Assembly: GCA_002633005.1 (NCBI GenBank)
Contig: NMRA01000171.1
Span: forward strand, 62,001 to 126,000
Direction: 5' to 3'
Source: Phoronis australis
Taxonomy: Eukaryota; Animalia; Phoronida
DNA: 64,000 nucleotides
The notes beneath the pieces are model-generated. The model was not told the DNA's origin. It worked only from the letters and a program-made list of their open reading frames with translations, and ran no database searches. The position numbers and the translations under genes are program-made. Every line of letters starts with the position of its first letter. Position 1 is the stretch's first letter. This document shows, in pieces, positions 1 to 13,932 of the stretch.

Positions 1-3000
1 TGCTTCAACCAAATATTAAAATTCAAGTGAATGAAAGTCTTGTTCCAAGTAGGCCTGAGGTAGTAGAAAAATAAAACCACTTTCTTCATGGATTTACAGT
101 CTACCACAACGCGCGCTTTCATTATGGGGATCTTTGTCGGTATTGGGATTTTTATTTCTGAGGTAGTAGGTCCAATGGTACGTTTAGTACCCCAACTTTC
201 TACACCACTGACAAAATATTCACCCGAGACGGTACCGGATGAGGCAAAATACTCGCCCGAGACGATAAATGTGTATATACTGAGGGAAAAATCCAGGGTG
301 GGTACCCATCTCCACTCCCGCTGGAGAAACCCTGGCTATTTTAGTCAGGTGACAATTGAGCTTCGTTCCCAGTCTACACTATTGACTTTTAGAAGTTAAG
401 TATTGAATTCAAGCAGGGAAAACGTGATTTTTTTAATAGACGGAATCTTTTAAACGCCGTTAATTGTCCTACTAAGAAATTAGATTCACAAAATGGGATA
501 CTTTTTTTACAAAAATATTTTCGCAATTTTGCGATATCCATGCTTGTGTTCATTGCATCTGTTTACTGCCAGAATTGCTTTAGATGTAATCAATTGTTTT
601 AATCGCGAGTTTGCATCGAGATTGCAATCGATTGATACCACCAACTTCGCTACCGGGGGGTACGACCTGAGATAAAGCAGACCCCGTTTTTTATTACGCA
701 ACGTAAATTTATGTTGATAACTGGTGGTCATTTATGAAATAAGTGGCTGGGGTCTTCCACTTAGTTAACTCACAACATAAAAGTATTAGTGGAAGTACCA
801 CTATCTCCGAAAAACTTATTTTACACTTGCGACGAGAAATCTTGAGTCAAGGAACAGTAACAGTTCCACCTCACCGACCTACCTCTTCAGTGGGTGCCTT
901 TTTGCTGGGGTACGCTAGTAAGCCTCGGAAAATACTCGTGTTTTTTGCGTGGTCTTTCCTTTTGGCCAGATTCTCGCAACTACAAAACGCATCCCACATA
1001 GACAAATCCAATCCATTATGCATATAATAAAAACTGAAAGGCCTCTTACTTCACAAGATTAAGCAGGCGAGTGCTCTAAACTTCTTGGGGCTGGTTCTTA
1101 ATTTTCTGAGCCAACAATCTCATTTTAGGGCACAACATTTACAGAAAATAATTAACTATAATGTCTTTTTGCATTGCAAGGTAATATATTTACAAATAGT
1201 TACATGTTAACTGATAAACTGTTTATGCTTGGATACGAATATGTGATCGTTTTATTTGTTGTCGGTTCCATAATGCTGGAACCAAATCAGGCTTCTTAGC
1301 TGAAAAGTAGTAGCAATGTTCAAAAAAGTATTTGCGTGAATGGCTGAAGCTTAAAATGTAGAAATAACGTTTTCGAAGCGATGCGCCATAGCTGTTTCGA
1401 CCAAGTGTATTCACAACCATTATATTTCATCACAGCGCATCTATCTTTTCAAACACTAACTGTGTTGTTGTCGTCGGCAATAAAATCACAGACTGGTTGA
1501 GTTAATTGAAGTTTATCATAAGACTAACAATTTATATAAGCTACCGGCGACGGATTCATCGCTTTAGTTTGGGGTGCAATTCGATGTTCAGACACACTAT
1601 ACTGAAGAAGTTCAAGTAAATGAATAGACCGCTAATGGTGCTTAATTAGCACATAGCTGGGCAATAAAACCTCCATGGTCTGTAATCAAACCAGTCACAG
1701 GCTATGTAAAGGCATGTGCTTGGCAATATTTGTCTCCGCGTTAGATTCGGCTGGTAAGAATGCGTAATACTCACCACTTCTGAAGGACCGAAGAAAACAC
1801 ATTGCCGCAGTGTCTCATGTTGAAGGCGACGCGACCATACTGGGGCCAATTTCTCGCAAACGATATTGCTATAAGCAATTTGGAGTCTACCAAAATGTTA
1901 ATTTGGAAAGCAGAATTGATTGATTTGTCCTGGGTGAAATGTTCAGGGAATGCTAATGGTCCGGTTATAACGTGACCTGAGTAGAACACTTGGCCATTAA
2001 TTTAGAGTTGTCTCTGTAAATCTCAGAGGTAAGATATACCTCGTCAAGGCCCTGCTTCTCGAAAAGTCTATTGTCTGACATTTTATTGAAACCAGTCTAC
2101 GGGTGGCGTTGCTTGTTCCACGAAATCGCGCTAAGGCTAATAGTCAGAAATCCGTAGTCTGCTTGGCGGGGGAAGACTAAAAGCTAAGTTCAAGAGACAA
2201 AAACTCAACTTTTGGCTATAGACTGTCCCAGAAAAAGACCCCAGGACTGTGCTTGAAACTTCCGATTATTATGCTCCAGACAAGAATCAGTGTATGACGT
2301 CAACAACTTAGTTCGAGACGCGTGACACAGTGCATGGGAGACCACTGTTGCTATTCAACAAAATAAGTTCTTGTAACCGAGTACTGGAGTACAATGAAAA
2401 GTTAATTGATAAGATAATTGTTCAGTGTAGTTGGTCTTGTTTTCAGCAAACAGTTATCTGAAGTTTTTGTTTATTTTTATGATAATTTTTACATTTTATT
2501 GAGGTCACGAATTAAAAAATAAAGTGATGAATGTATGTTCATGAAATTATCGCATACAAATGAATTGATATCTTCAGTCAGTTATTTTTTGTGTGAATCA
2601 GCCTTTCGTCAAAGAAACAAACTTTCGATTGACCACTGAACTCTTCAAAACGACAATAAGTGATTTCTGTGCTTGGAAAGAAATGAACGTTCGTTATAGC
2701 TTGGAGAGACCTAGTCGTATAAATATCATTTGTACCGAGATCGTTCCAAAGCGGAATAAATATGCAGCTTTGGAACGATGTGGGTAAAAATTGAGCACAA
2801 CAAAATCTTGCACAAAGTTAATGATTTTAAAAATTACTGTCATCCATGATGAATTTAATTCCACTACCGTTGTCTGTTATTGTGCAGTTTTATTATGTTT
2901 GTGGAGCGATCTTGGGCGTCTACTTGGAGCGCCACGAAATTAAGCGCTATCTGGTAGCCTGTTTCGCCGATTCTTCAATCCGTTGTTCCTTTTCCACAAG

Positions 3001-3459
3001 AATACTCTCAGTTCAATAAATTGTCAGAAGTGCTTGCACTTCGTTAGTAGTTTTGCGTACTTTACCACCAACGAATCGAAATTCTCAAGAAATTGTAGTT
3101 CAACGAAGTTGTTATGGTCTACCAAAGCTTGTTACTTCAACTAACCAATGACGCGTGTGCTTGTCACGCCAGCGTAGTGTTTCAAAATCGACTTCCAACT
3201 TTTCTTTGTTACAAAAGCGGTAGTGATGTTTGAAAATGGCGTTCATCATATTGTGTTTCTTTTAAATGGCTGATAGCGGACAAGGTAGGTGTCACTTAAA
3301 TGTCGGAGTTTCAATAGCTTGCGCACCGTTGGACGTGCTAGACTTTGATGTAATTGCGTTGCGATAAGATCGAAAATATTAAACTTTTGTCGAACTTGAC
3401 TGAAATTTCCAAATTTTCACCTGCATCTTTCGCTTAAGCTGTGTTTTGACGTTCAATCA

Positions 3460-3582
3460 TACACAGCTAGCTAGCTAAGTGAGACCATGCTAGCCTCATA
3501 TACAGCAGCTAGCTAGCTGACTAAGTGTGCTTGGCTCATACGCAGCTAGCTAGCTAGCTAAGTGAGACCATGCTAGGCGCAT
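3460..3582. repeat. Short tandem repeat rich in (AGCT)n
   Basis: CAGCTAGCTAGCTAAGTGAGACCATGCTAG occurs twice with a variant unit between. Confidence 0.75.
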
Positions 3583-3927
3583 ACAAATAACAGGCCGTGA
3601 CAAACCACATTACTAGTGAGCCTGAGGCAGATCCAGTCTAGCAATAAGGAACTGTAAGCTCTCCCGAAGCCCAAAAATCACATTGCTCTAATAACGGTAA
3701 AGAAAAAAGAGAACAGTACCATAACTATAAGTGGTCGAAATCAAAAGTAAGTTTTTTGACGAAAGGCGGATGTGCGGGCAGTAGACGAGAGAAAACGCAA
3801 GATCAAGCTGAACTATAGCAAAGCAGGTTATCACACTAGATTCCTTCGCGAAACTCTTGCATCCACGGAACCTGGGTTTACATGAGCTTTACGGAACTAT
3901 TAAAACAGCAAGCGTATTTTCTGTTTG

Positions 3928-4201
3928 CAGTGGTGGATTTAAGGGGGCAAGATACCATTTGGAAGTTCGTGTGCGAATTGCTGACTAGCACATGCGCGCA
4001 ACCAGGGGGTGAATAAACAACGCATAGGCCCTGAAGAAACCCGCTTACCGTTTTTTTCCTTTTTTTTAATCAACAGGTCAGCAAACCCAAAAATTCTAGA
4101 CCCCTACATCCCCACATGTGAGGCTGCGCACGCGCATCTGCCGAAATTCTGGTTATTCCTGTGCCCTTCCCCCCCAACTCAAAATCATGGATCCGCCCCT
4201 G
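3928..4201. mobile_element. Short MITE-like element
   Basis: Imperfect termini CAGTGGTGGATTT…GGATCCGCCCCTG; no clean TSD. Confidence 0.45.
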
Positions 4202-7200
4202 GTTTGAGACCCTAACTTCTAAGAAATTTGACAAATGTATGCGTTCTGTGAGAGATTTTTTGAGAATTTTGGGAGTAACCAGGTTAAATTATCTTAATAA
4301 TAAATGTTTTCGGGAAAAATCAAATCATTAAAAACGAGTCACAAAATGACAGTGTATGGTTTCAGGAGTTTGAAACGAGAGAATGGCCCCTTTCAGTGGA
4401 TCAGGGCGTAAACTTTAGTTTAACACGAGTTTGAAATGTCTCTAGAACATTTCCGATACTATGTGATCCACTGAAATTGTTTAGGAGGTATTTCCTTTTT
4501 TTCTCACAGCTTAAAATGCAAATAATGAAACACTCGGTTAATTCAAACGATGCCTCAAGCCTTTACACGCCATGTTAAAAATTTAATTACCATCCCGGTC
4601 GCGATCATATAATTCATTGTATCAGCAAGTAAAAGAGCGTCAGAAACCGTCGTGAATGTAGCAAGGGTGGTAACATATAAATTAAGCTTCAAACCCGTGC
4701 TCTCTATTAATAAAACAAGTTTTGAACTTGGCTTTGTAAACTTGGTTTCAGTCACCTTGTTGTTTAGTAAAACTTGATTTGACTTGATTCGGGGCTTGGA
4801 AAGAATTGATAATTTGACCAGCCGAAGAAATAACGAACTGTCAGTCCTTCCAAAATATCACTTTTAATCCCAGAAACAAGATATGATCAATTCCACAACG
4901 GTTAGTGACCTAAATCAAAACTTTTTTTGACAGAAAGCATCGATTTAATGCTGATTTAGCTGTTTTTCGATAGTTTACGTTTTCAGTTGCGGAGTGCTTA
5001 TCGAATCGGTGCTTGCACACATGAAATTTGATCCTTATGGTAAACTTTCGTGTTGCACATTTGTGTGAATGTATTGAATTTGGCAATCGAACGTATGAAA
5101 TGATGTTGAATTCGCGTTACATGGTACTGACATCTATTGTCAGTTCACTGTACTCTTAGACTGGCCACAAACGCACATACGTACCACCCACACATACATA
5201 CATGTGTGGTCAATCGTCTGTTTACAAATTTTGCCTGGATTTTATTCAGGTGTTTCTGTGGCCATTTGATATGCTGATAGTTGAATCCACCGCTTTGTCG
5301 CAAAATTTCTGAGCAACTACAAAACGAACAGGGAAGGAAACGCTTCCATGGCATCATGCCTTTATTCCATTTTCGATCCCCTAAACTCCATTACATACCA
5401 TTCCCGCAGTATAAATTCCATATTACTCGCACCCATTGAATCCACACTCACGCCGATGATTCCCCACCGCGGATTTGATGTTTGCTGGTCGGGACTGGGC
5501 TAAAATTTTGAGGCGCGGCCATGGAATGGCTTCCCGCTCACCTGGATAGCAACCGATAGATTAGTTGTTCACGTTTGAATCTTCAGTTTACAAGTGTAAA
5601 ACAAACTCGGTAGTAGTGTTTGAGAATTGTTCTGTAGTCATGAATTAAGTGTACATGTATGAAATACTAATAACAGGTTAACAACCACAACAGGGCCCGG
5701 AATTTAATCTTTGTACCCGAAATCGAAATTATTTACGACATTTTCCGTCCTACGTGCGAACTGAAGATTAGTGTCTATTATTCTGTGTTCAAGTACATTA
5801 TCGTTTACGCACACGAGTTTCTAGTCCAAAATCGCACTTGATGACCCCAAGATTCGAGTTACAAGCTCGAGTAAAAACTTCATATTTTGAGTTGAATAAA
5901 ACAATATTTTGTACAAGCGCAAGAACGGACATGGTGGCACTGAACAGTTAGGCTGCGGCCGCGGCCAAATTGCACTGCCAAAATATTAAAATCAAAGGGT
6001 AGGCCAGGCTTGGGGGCATTGTTAGTTAGGTGTTGCATGCAGGCCAAGTGAATGTAGTTTGTTTGTATTTGTGAACATGTCGACGGAGAATGAAAAAGAC
6101 CACTTGCTCGGCTGAAGCTGCACTGTTCTTCAAGATGGCGGCCCTCTGTTGCAATTGTGCATTGCTGATAAGTTGGCTGAAATTTCAGGTACCCATCAAA
6201 CTTTGATTTGCAAAAAAATAGTTGGTTGATAGTACATTTGGACCACATTTTTGGAATCGGTAAGAAATTTGCTTTCAGAAACTAATGTTGGCTTTAGTCG
6301 AGCATCGGCAGGGAAGTGGTGATTTTGGGAAGAAAAGTCCCTGTTTTGCATTGTCCTTGCTCTTTTTTCTTAGTCTAACTTGCTGTTCAGTAGGAGTGAA
6401 AGAGTCAAAATTACAAAAGAGAATAAAATTTCTGTGCTCATCTGCAGGGCTTGTGATGTGAAACGACTCAAAACTTTTCGTTGTTTGGCATACAGTTTTT
6501 GACAGAGTGAAGAAAGGGTGACGAGTCCATTGACTTGTATTCTGATAAAAAACTCTGTGAGAACTGTTCTGTGACCCCCATGCCGGTTTTCAATAGTGAC
6601 GTCAGTGGATAACACTATTCACGTGACACGTCAACTCTAATTTTGTCAAATGACAGAACGTCCAGATGGCGCGGCAGACTGTTGTCTGGTACAGAACATT
6701 CCAATGTTATCTGAGGTAGGTTCGCTACAGAAAACTTAATTTACCACAAGTAAAAACATATCCCCATTTTTATTAATTTTAGATCCAAATCTCTCCAGTG
6801 TAGCGACTCCTTTGGTAGACATTTTTAATTTGTTATAAAGTAATTTCTTCGGGGGGTGTTCTACGTTTTTGCCAGCTTTAAACTTTAGTTTTGGCAAAGT
6901 GCACTATCGAGAGCCAATGCCTCACGGTCTACGTTGTTGACAAATAATCCACTCCAGATAAAAGTTTAACAACTTAGATAATTGTCTGCATCGTGGAGAC
7001 AACCACACTTTTTGTCCTGAGAAAGCTTTGAACTTTTCATTGTTACCAGTCTGTTCTCACAGCAATACATGGAAACACATAGTTTGGCTGCCTTTGTAAC
7101 TTTTCTCATGGGAAGGCTGTTTCAAAACGGTATTTCGTATCTTATCTTTTTGAAAACGAATTTTTGTTAGTTTGCAAATATTTTGTGTATTCTGACCTTG

Positions 7201-8956
7201 CAAGTCTCTAGTGCCAAAATTAAAAGTGCGCCGAAGCCGACGCCGGGTCCGTCCTCGGATTGTCGAGTTCACGACACAAGTCAATAGCACATTAACAATA
7301 GTGAAGGCAGGTTAAAGGATTTGATTAACATTAAACAATTGATTTTGCACGCACAAAATGTCGATTTGTTTGTTTGTCAATTTATCTGAGAATTGAAGCG
7401 CTGGAGTGACATGATTTTCAAAATTGTTCACGAATAGCTTCGCATTATAGAAGTGTACTTTGCCTTTGAAGCAGACACTAAAAAAAGGGAAATATCTAAC
7501 AAGCTTAAAAGCAATGTTTTTATGGACATTCCAAGATGATGGCTGTGGAAAACTCGCCAGCTGGGCGGGGTTGCCTAAAATTTCAAAATTATCCGCTGGA
7601 TAAGTTTGATTGTCGCATGACCTCAGGTGCATTGCTCAACAATAACAACGTGGCGCGTGATAATGCGACGTCGTTGTTGGTATACGGCGTATAACTTTTA
7701 TGCAACTGGGCCCTGATGTCAGAAATTTACGTGTTTTGTCTGTTGTGAAATCCATTTCCCACAGTCCAATGCATTTACGATGGCTACCTCTTGGAAACAC
7801 GATCACTACAGTACTGAACATTCAGGCTATTAAAATATGAGCCACCAGGTGACTGCAAACCTCCACCAAAGCATTGTGCAGTCCCTCTCTATTACGCTAT
7901 TGCACATGTTCACTGACTTTCCATACCCCGTCATTTGCCCGGACGTTAACGCGTGCTGACGTTTCGCTTCCAAGCACATTCAATATTGAAACCAAAACGA
8001 CTGTTACACGCAGGGGTAAAATCTACAGCTTTTTAGTTAGGTGGGTCGCGGGGGGGTCAAGCGTAATTTACTCAACTTATTCATGTTCGTTCAAGGAAAT
8101 GCAAAATGCAAGCAAATGCGCCAGTTTGATTTTGGAGTGTTATTTTTGAAAGCCTCACTTCTTGGCCTATTTGGCATGTTTTGTTTCAGACAAGTTGTAC
8201 TTTTGTAAGTATAGATTCAAATATTTTTCTGAGATACTTTGCGTGTGACTTTTTGTACAACAACTCACACCAGGTACACTGCTTCAGAAACTTAATTAAA
8301 AAGAAACTGCTCATCCTTGGTCGGGCGCTCGAGTTAGGAAAAAATAAATTATCGTGTCTTTTCCCAGCCACAGTAGGCAATCAATTAACATTTTAATATA
8401 AACTCATGTGACTTTGAAACGAAATACTGCTCTTTACTCACATCCAATCCTCAAATCGTTATGCTTGTACCAAGTTTATTGCAAACTTATTCGATAAATC
8501 AGCGAGCATTACTAACCTTTTTATGATATTTAATCGCGGAAAAATTACCCACTGGTGCCGTGGACCACAAGACCCATAGTGAGACGCGATGTGATGTTTC
8601 ATAGTGGAATTAATTTGGTCTCTTTCAGGGTGGTTCGAAATGCGCAATGACCGTGAATCAGCTTCAGGTGAAGTAACCAAATCATTTTACCATTAAGGCA
8701 CCTTTTACATCATTTCAACATTCCAGCAACCTTACTTTAAACGAATAAATTTGAATAGAATTTTAAATAAATGTGAGGCACTTGAAGCGTCTGAAAACGT
8801 ATTGACTCGTCGCTTAACTTCTTTGATATTTTAAAAATAAGCGACCATGACAGTTGTGACTGCCCGCCAAGTCCAAAAGAGCACAAGTACCCAATTTCAT
8901 AACGACAGAATTTAGAAACCGCAATATCTTAAAACTACAAAACTGCAAATACGGAT

Positions 8957-9950
8957 TTAGCACTTGAATAAACCATTTTCTTGTGGTGCAAACAATTGTT
9001 GGACACCCTCCCCGTTCATAGCGTAGTTATTGTTGTTGTTATCGAGGACAACAGCGGGCGAGTCGCGGACGGTGTCTTCGGTCACGTGGGCGGCGTAGTC
9101 GGTGTCATCGTTCCAAAAGTAAACTGGTATTTTCACCTGAAACACGTCATGCATGAACAGAATCATTATAACTGAGAGTAGCTCAAAACTAAGAATGCTG
9201 TTTCTCTGTACACTCGTAATGCAAGGTAGAAGCCAGCTGAATGAATTCGTTAGTTAGTCATTGGTCGTGATCCCCGGGGGGTAATTCCCGGGTGGTAGTC
9301 ACGTTCCACCTCAATCAGCTGCTATCTTACCCTTTTCCAATGTTTTGGTGTCGTGTTAATGTTCGTACTATTGCCACTCCAGTCTCCAGGGGACGTAACT
9401 TCAGGGCAAGGCGTTTGGAGGTGCCGTTGCGTCAAATCACGCTTCAACCACTCGTCATCGTTTAAAGCTGCGTTCACACTTGAGGTTTTCAAGAAGAGAG
9501 ATTCATCACTGTTTCCGTCATAATACTGGTACGTTACAGGTATTTTCGATTTGACATATTTACGCTTCTGCCTACTTCGCAAAATTGATCGTCTTTGACC
9601 GTGGCCTATATCAAATTGGTGACCTGGTCTTATTCGTAGGCGCTTTCGTTTCGTCAAAACATTGGACAGAAACTGCGGATGATCCCGATGAAAGTAAGGA
9701 TGCGAAAATTCGAAGTCCAGAACTTGATCGGGTCTGTACTTCCAAGAGAATCCATATTCTCGCATGAGGCGGCGGAAGTTGAGAAACGAACTGGTTTGAA
9801 CAAATCCAGGGTAAACGTGTAAGGCATCCACTTCGAATTTATTTGAGTTGACATGGAACGACGCCCCGTCTGCATCCCACAACAGTAGCGGGTACGGGTC
9901 GCTAGTGACCTCCCACAGCTTTTTGGGAAATCTCGGTTTTAAACTTATAC
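8957..9950 (-). CDS. HSF-type DNA-binding domain protein, paralog A (5' exon not located)
   Basis: Exon 9950-9331 (acceptor TTTCAG, donor GTAAGA) encodes KPRFPKKLWEVTSDPYPLLLWDADGASFHV...FVQTSSFLNFRRLMREYGFSW...FEFSHPYFHRDHPQFLSNVLTKRKR, matching HSF DBD motifs (FPxKLW, W..DG.SF, YGF, EF.HP.F.R..P.LL). In-phase last exon 9136-8957 (TTTCAG|GTG...stop). An upstream phase-1 exon is required but was not found. Confidence 0.85.
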
Positions 9951-11609
9951 CTGAAATGCAAAAATGCCTTTATCAACAGTGCCGTCTTTGCTGGGGGCAT
10001 CCCGGCAGCGTTCTCACGAAATCAAAGTGGGGTGTAAGCATTTGTGAAGAGCGAGAAAAATGAAAACTTTGTGAGCTTTCATTACAGCTGAAAGTCTAAC
10101 AAGGGCAAAGGAAAAGCTAACTTCACACTGAAATTTGTACTAGCTCAGATCTTTTGCAATAAATTAAAGCCGAAATAAACCACATTCTGGTGTTAAAACG
10201 TCAACTATATCTTAACAATATCTCCCTTTGGCAAAATTACTGTAATTATGTTTCTCTTATAACCAAAGCAGCTTCATTTGATTCTTACTTTACAATCGCC
10301 AAGCGCACAACCTAATTGAACGCCTTGAACAAATGTTGTACAGGTTTGCTTCACATCAGTATGCGTGACAAGAGTAATAGAACATAAACAGAAGTGAGGG
10401 ATAAACATCTTTTGAATCCCGCATCAACTCACTTGTGCAGTCCTGAATCCATAGGCTTTATTTCATCAAATTTAATGTAAGTGTATTAAATGTAAACGTA
10501 AAATAGCTGTGTCTGAGTTTGGCCAATAACACGACTAAAATTCAAATATAGCCGCGTTTTGTCATACATCGAAACGAATCACGATCTTTATCCCAAGTAC
10601 AAAAAATCCTCAAAGACCGTTTTTCGCATTCTCTAAGCAATCGCGGATTAGATTTTTCTGAGTCTCCGAAAAAATCTGAAACGATTCGAAAGATTTTATC
10701 TATGGAGCTGCTGTAGTTTTTAAGTGCATAGTGAGGCAGTTGTCTGCTCGAAAACAACCAATGACATCACAACTCGTAGACGTGGTATACATGAATCATA
10801 GTAATTTGCATTTTAGGTGGTGATATTTGACTTCAGCGTGATCGGATAGCGCGTGCCTTGAGAATCACTGGTTCCCGCAAAAGTCTTCAGTTGGCTAATC
10901 TGTCTAACTGAAGTAATGAATGAAATCCTTTTGGTTACGACTAATTTCGATTTATGTTTTGACCGATTTAATTATTTTTCCTGGTTAGGTGAATTTCAAG
11001 TATTACGTCGACGTAAGTGAAGTTTTCTTTTTCTTTTAGATTTTGAATATCACAAAATTTTAGCATGTTGGCTTCTAAAAACGTTACACACTTATTTTTT
11101 CTTTTATGTTTTAGTTTGATGCACATCTGCATTTTTAATGAAGCCACAGTTAATGTTTTCAGTTGGGTTTGCCTATTTTTCAGTAGGACCATAGATTATA
11201 GATAAAGAATTCTGTCGTGTTGGCTGCGTTACAACACAGCGTAGGTTAAATAATTTTCAAAAATATAATTGATGAATCTATGCTATATTCATGATATAAT
11301 TTCATTTATCAGTTCATGCTGTCTTAAACAGCCTAAACCCGCGTTTCGGTCGAAACAATCGATCTTTTAATTTAGGCCACTTGCCGCTATAAAATTGATC
11401 ACAACTTGCTCCTCAATCAGATGAGAAGTAATTTCTAGGTTTGAAAAGAACCGGCAGTTTGTTATTCTTTGAGACCATGCCCGGCGCATAAAATTACAAA
11501 CCGTGACTGAATCAAAAAACAATTTGTATAGCCTGATCTCAAGAAATAACGTTTTTCAACCTTTGTGTTTCGGACGTAGTTTCAAATATCGTGGAAACGT
11601 AGCAGAGTC

Positions 11610-13932
11610 CTAAACACATCTACTCTTACTTTCAAGTTTTGTGCCACACAGTACATCACTTAGACAATGATGAGTGTGGAGACCGCCGTCAACGTGGCGC
11701 GATTCAATTGGTGGCATCGAAGGACCTGACTCTGACATCCGGGGCCGTCCGCGACGCCTGGTTACACCAGGGCCATCTATTGAACGACGTCGGGAAATAA
11801 CTGTGAACGTTTTCCTCTTGGTGTGAATGTCATCCACGCTTCTCGGGTTGTCACTTGAAAAGTTGTCGTTGAAAAATTCCATTTCACCAACCTGAGGAAA
11901 AATCATAGTTCTTGTTTTTAGTGATTTAATAACGGGGTGCCAAAACAGCCAAAGCTAAACGATGATTGATTGACACAGTGAACGTATTTTCAAGTGATGC
12001 GACAGGCAATATGAGTTTCATCGGTACAAAACACACCTCGTTCAACCTCCAGTCAAATCCATATTCTCGAAGTTGCCGTCTCAAATTGGCAAATGTAGGG
12101 ATCTTGACAAAGCCTGGATATTTTGTCATGATCATCGCTTCGTATTCGGTCTCATTTATCTGAAATATAGCAACAATATACATCTAACTGATACTGTTGG
12201 TAGGCTATGGGCCCCAAGTTCACAGGAACTGAGCTTATACAAATCTTCTGTGTCCATTTGGGGGTGGGCATTTTTGTTTTGATGTCACAAACCATTGTTT
12301 ATTATAAAAGTAATAAGTTCCCAATGTTTAAACTTGGACATTTCTATGAAATAACGGCTAATTCTGGAACCTGAACAGGCACGGAACACATTTGAAAATA
12401 ATTGAATTAAATGTCCACAAGTGGTGATACTGAACCTAGTAGCTTCATAGGTTACATTGCCATAAAAAACAAATATCTAATTGTTTGGCAATGATCAGCA
12501 TAGTCTACATGTGCCAACTTTCATGTTTTTATAACAATCTGACATACAGTTTCACCTTACCCCCAGGCTATTGATCTTTGTGTTTATTTTTAAATGCCCA
12601 CAACGCGCAAGGTACGTGTTATTTGAATGTCTGAGTTGCAAAGCGTACGCACGGTTGGACGTGCTCGATTTCGGTGTCTCGTGAGAGGACTGCAAATAGA
12701 GTTGTGGCGATATGAAAAAACACGTTTCACTTAAATTATCAATTTTTACACACGTCGTTCTCTAGCTGTGCTTTGACGTTTAGGAAACACGTATTTGTTC
12801 TCAGTAACTGCGCACGGACATTGACGCAAACCATCGTACATAGTGTTAACTAGTGTTTTCGTATTACACTGCTTGACTATTTCATTATCTTGGTTTTGGA
12901 AATATGAATATCAAAGTGAGAAACAAACGGCCCTTTTAAAGCGAACGTAACGACAGCGGCCTGTCAAGTTCACGTGAACTTACAATAAGGAAATACTTGA
13001 CTGGATTATGGGGTTACGCGAAGATCACTACCCGCTGGCTACCGGAACGAGACAAAAATACCCAACACACATATTAAAACATCAGCATATACAAGGGACA
13101 GCCGCAAGCACGGATAACTTGGGCACATGCATCTATATGCACAAGTTACTAACTATCTTGGATATGAACTGGGAGTAATATACATATTGGTCCTAGGATA
13201 TGAATTACTTCAGATATAGGCCATCAGACCTAAATACGAGCATTATAGTACACACACGTCGATCAGAGTTATCTGGTGGGCTAGTCATACATGGGATAGC
13301 ACATAAAAACCTTACCCCGGGGTTTAATGTTTTTACTCGAAATCGAACTCGAAACTATTTTTGCCATTTTCAAAATCTTTTTTCCGCTACCTCAAGATTA
13401 AGGTATTATTCACCCGATGACCCCTAGATACGAGCTGCAAACTCGTTTAAAAGCTCAAGATTTCGAGTAAAAACTCGACATTTCGAGTTCAGACTCGGTC
13501 TTTAAGAGGTCATCGAGTGCAAAACTAGGATTAGGCAATTATTCACGCAAGCCATTGGAATAATGAACTCTTATCTTGAGTTCGCACAAAGGTAGAACAG
13601 AAAATGCCAATTGAAAACTAATTTCGAATTCAAATTTGAGGAAAAAGATTAGACCTCGGGTTCTGGTCATCGCGTAACCTGTCCGTAAATACCTATTTTG
13701 AGGACTGGACAGGTTGCCTACGCAAAATGTAATGACTGGAATGGGGCAAAAACTTGCTCACAATGATAGCTTTACCGTCACTTGTCCATTCTATGATATG
13801 ATTAGACTTGTCTTCGACTATCTGCCTCAATTTCAGTGGGAAAGGTAAGCCCCGTGGTTCCTTTTCAAATACGACAGGGAGCCGTCCTCCAAAATCAAGT
13901 GCTCGTCTTGCGCACTGCATGTGGTAAGTCAT
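11610..13932 (-). CDS. HSF-type DNA-binding domain protein, paralog B (3 exons, about 190 aa)
   Basis: Exons 13932-13762 (…LPFPLKLRQIVEDKSNHIIEWTSDGKAII|gtgagc), 12159-12037 (INETEYEAMIMTKYPGFVKIPTFANLRRQLREYGFDWRLNE|gtgtgt) and 11891-11610 (VGEMEFFNDNF…HTKRK…stop). All junctions are phase 0 GT-AG. Start may be ATG 13932 or 13920. Confidence 0.85.
13315..13660. mobile_element. MITE-like element in intron 1 of HSF paralog B
   Basis: Imperfect TIRs CCCGGGGTTTAATGTTTTT…AAAAAGATTAGACCTCGGG; related partial copy at about 5695-5895 (shared GATGACCCC and CGAGTAAAAACT). Confidence 0.6.

Noticed and set aside
1540-2100. Possible decayed LTR-retrotransposon integrase on the minus strand (ITDHG, EHRI…PQT fragments)
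   Set aside because: Fragments too short and interrupted to distinguish from chance without a search.
2880-3460. Segments similar to 55270-55470 (inverted) and 12560-12790
   Set aside because: Old dispersed repeat fragments without definable ends; not classifiable.
88-8680. Numerous 60-120-aa ORFs in the first 8.7 kb
   Set aside because: No recognisable domains or phase-consistent exon chain found; treated as intergenic or repeat-derived, although small exons could be missed.
10433-10452. ATG exon (MDSGLH, donor GTGAGT) as first exon of HSF paralog A
   Set aside because: Ends in phase 2 whereas the DBD exon needs phase 1; would need an unidentified intervening exon.
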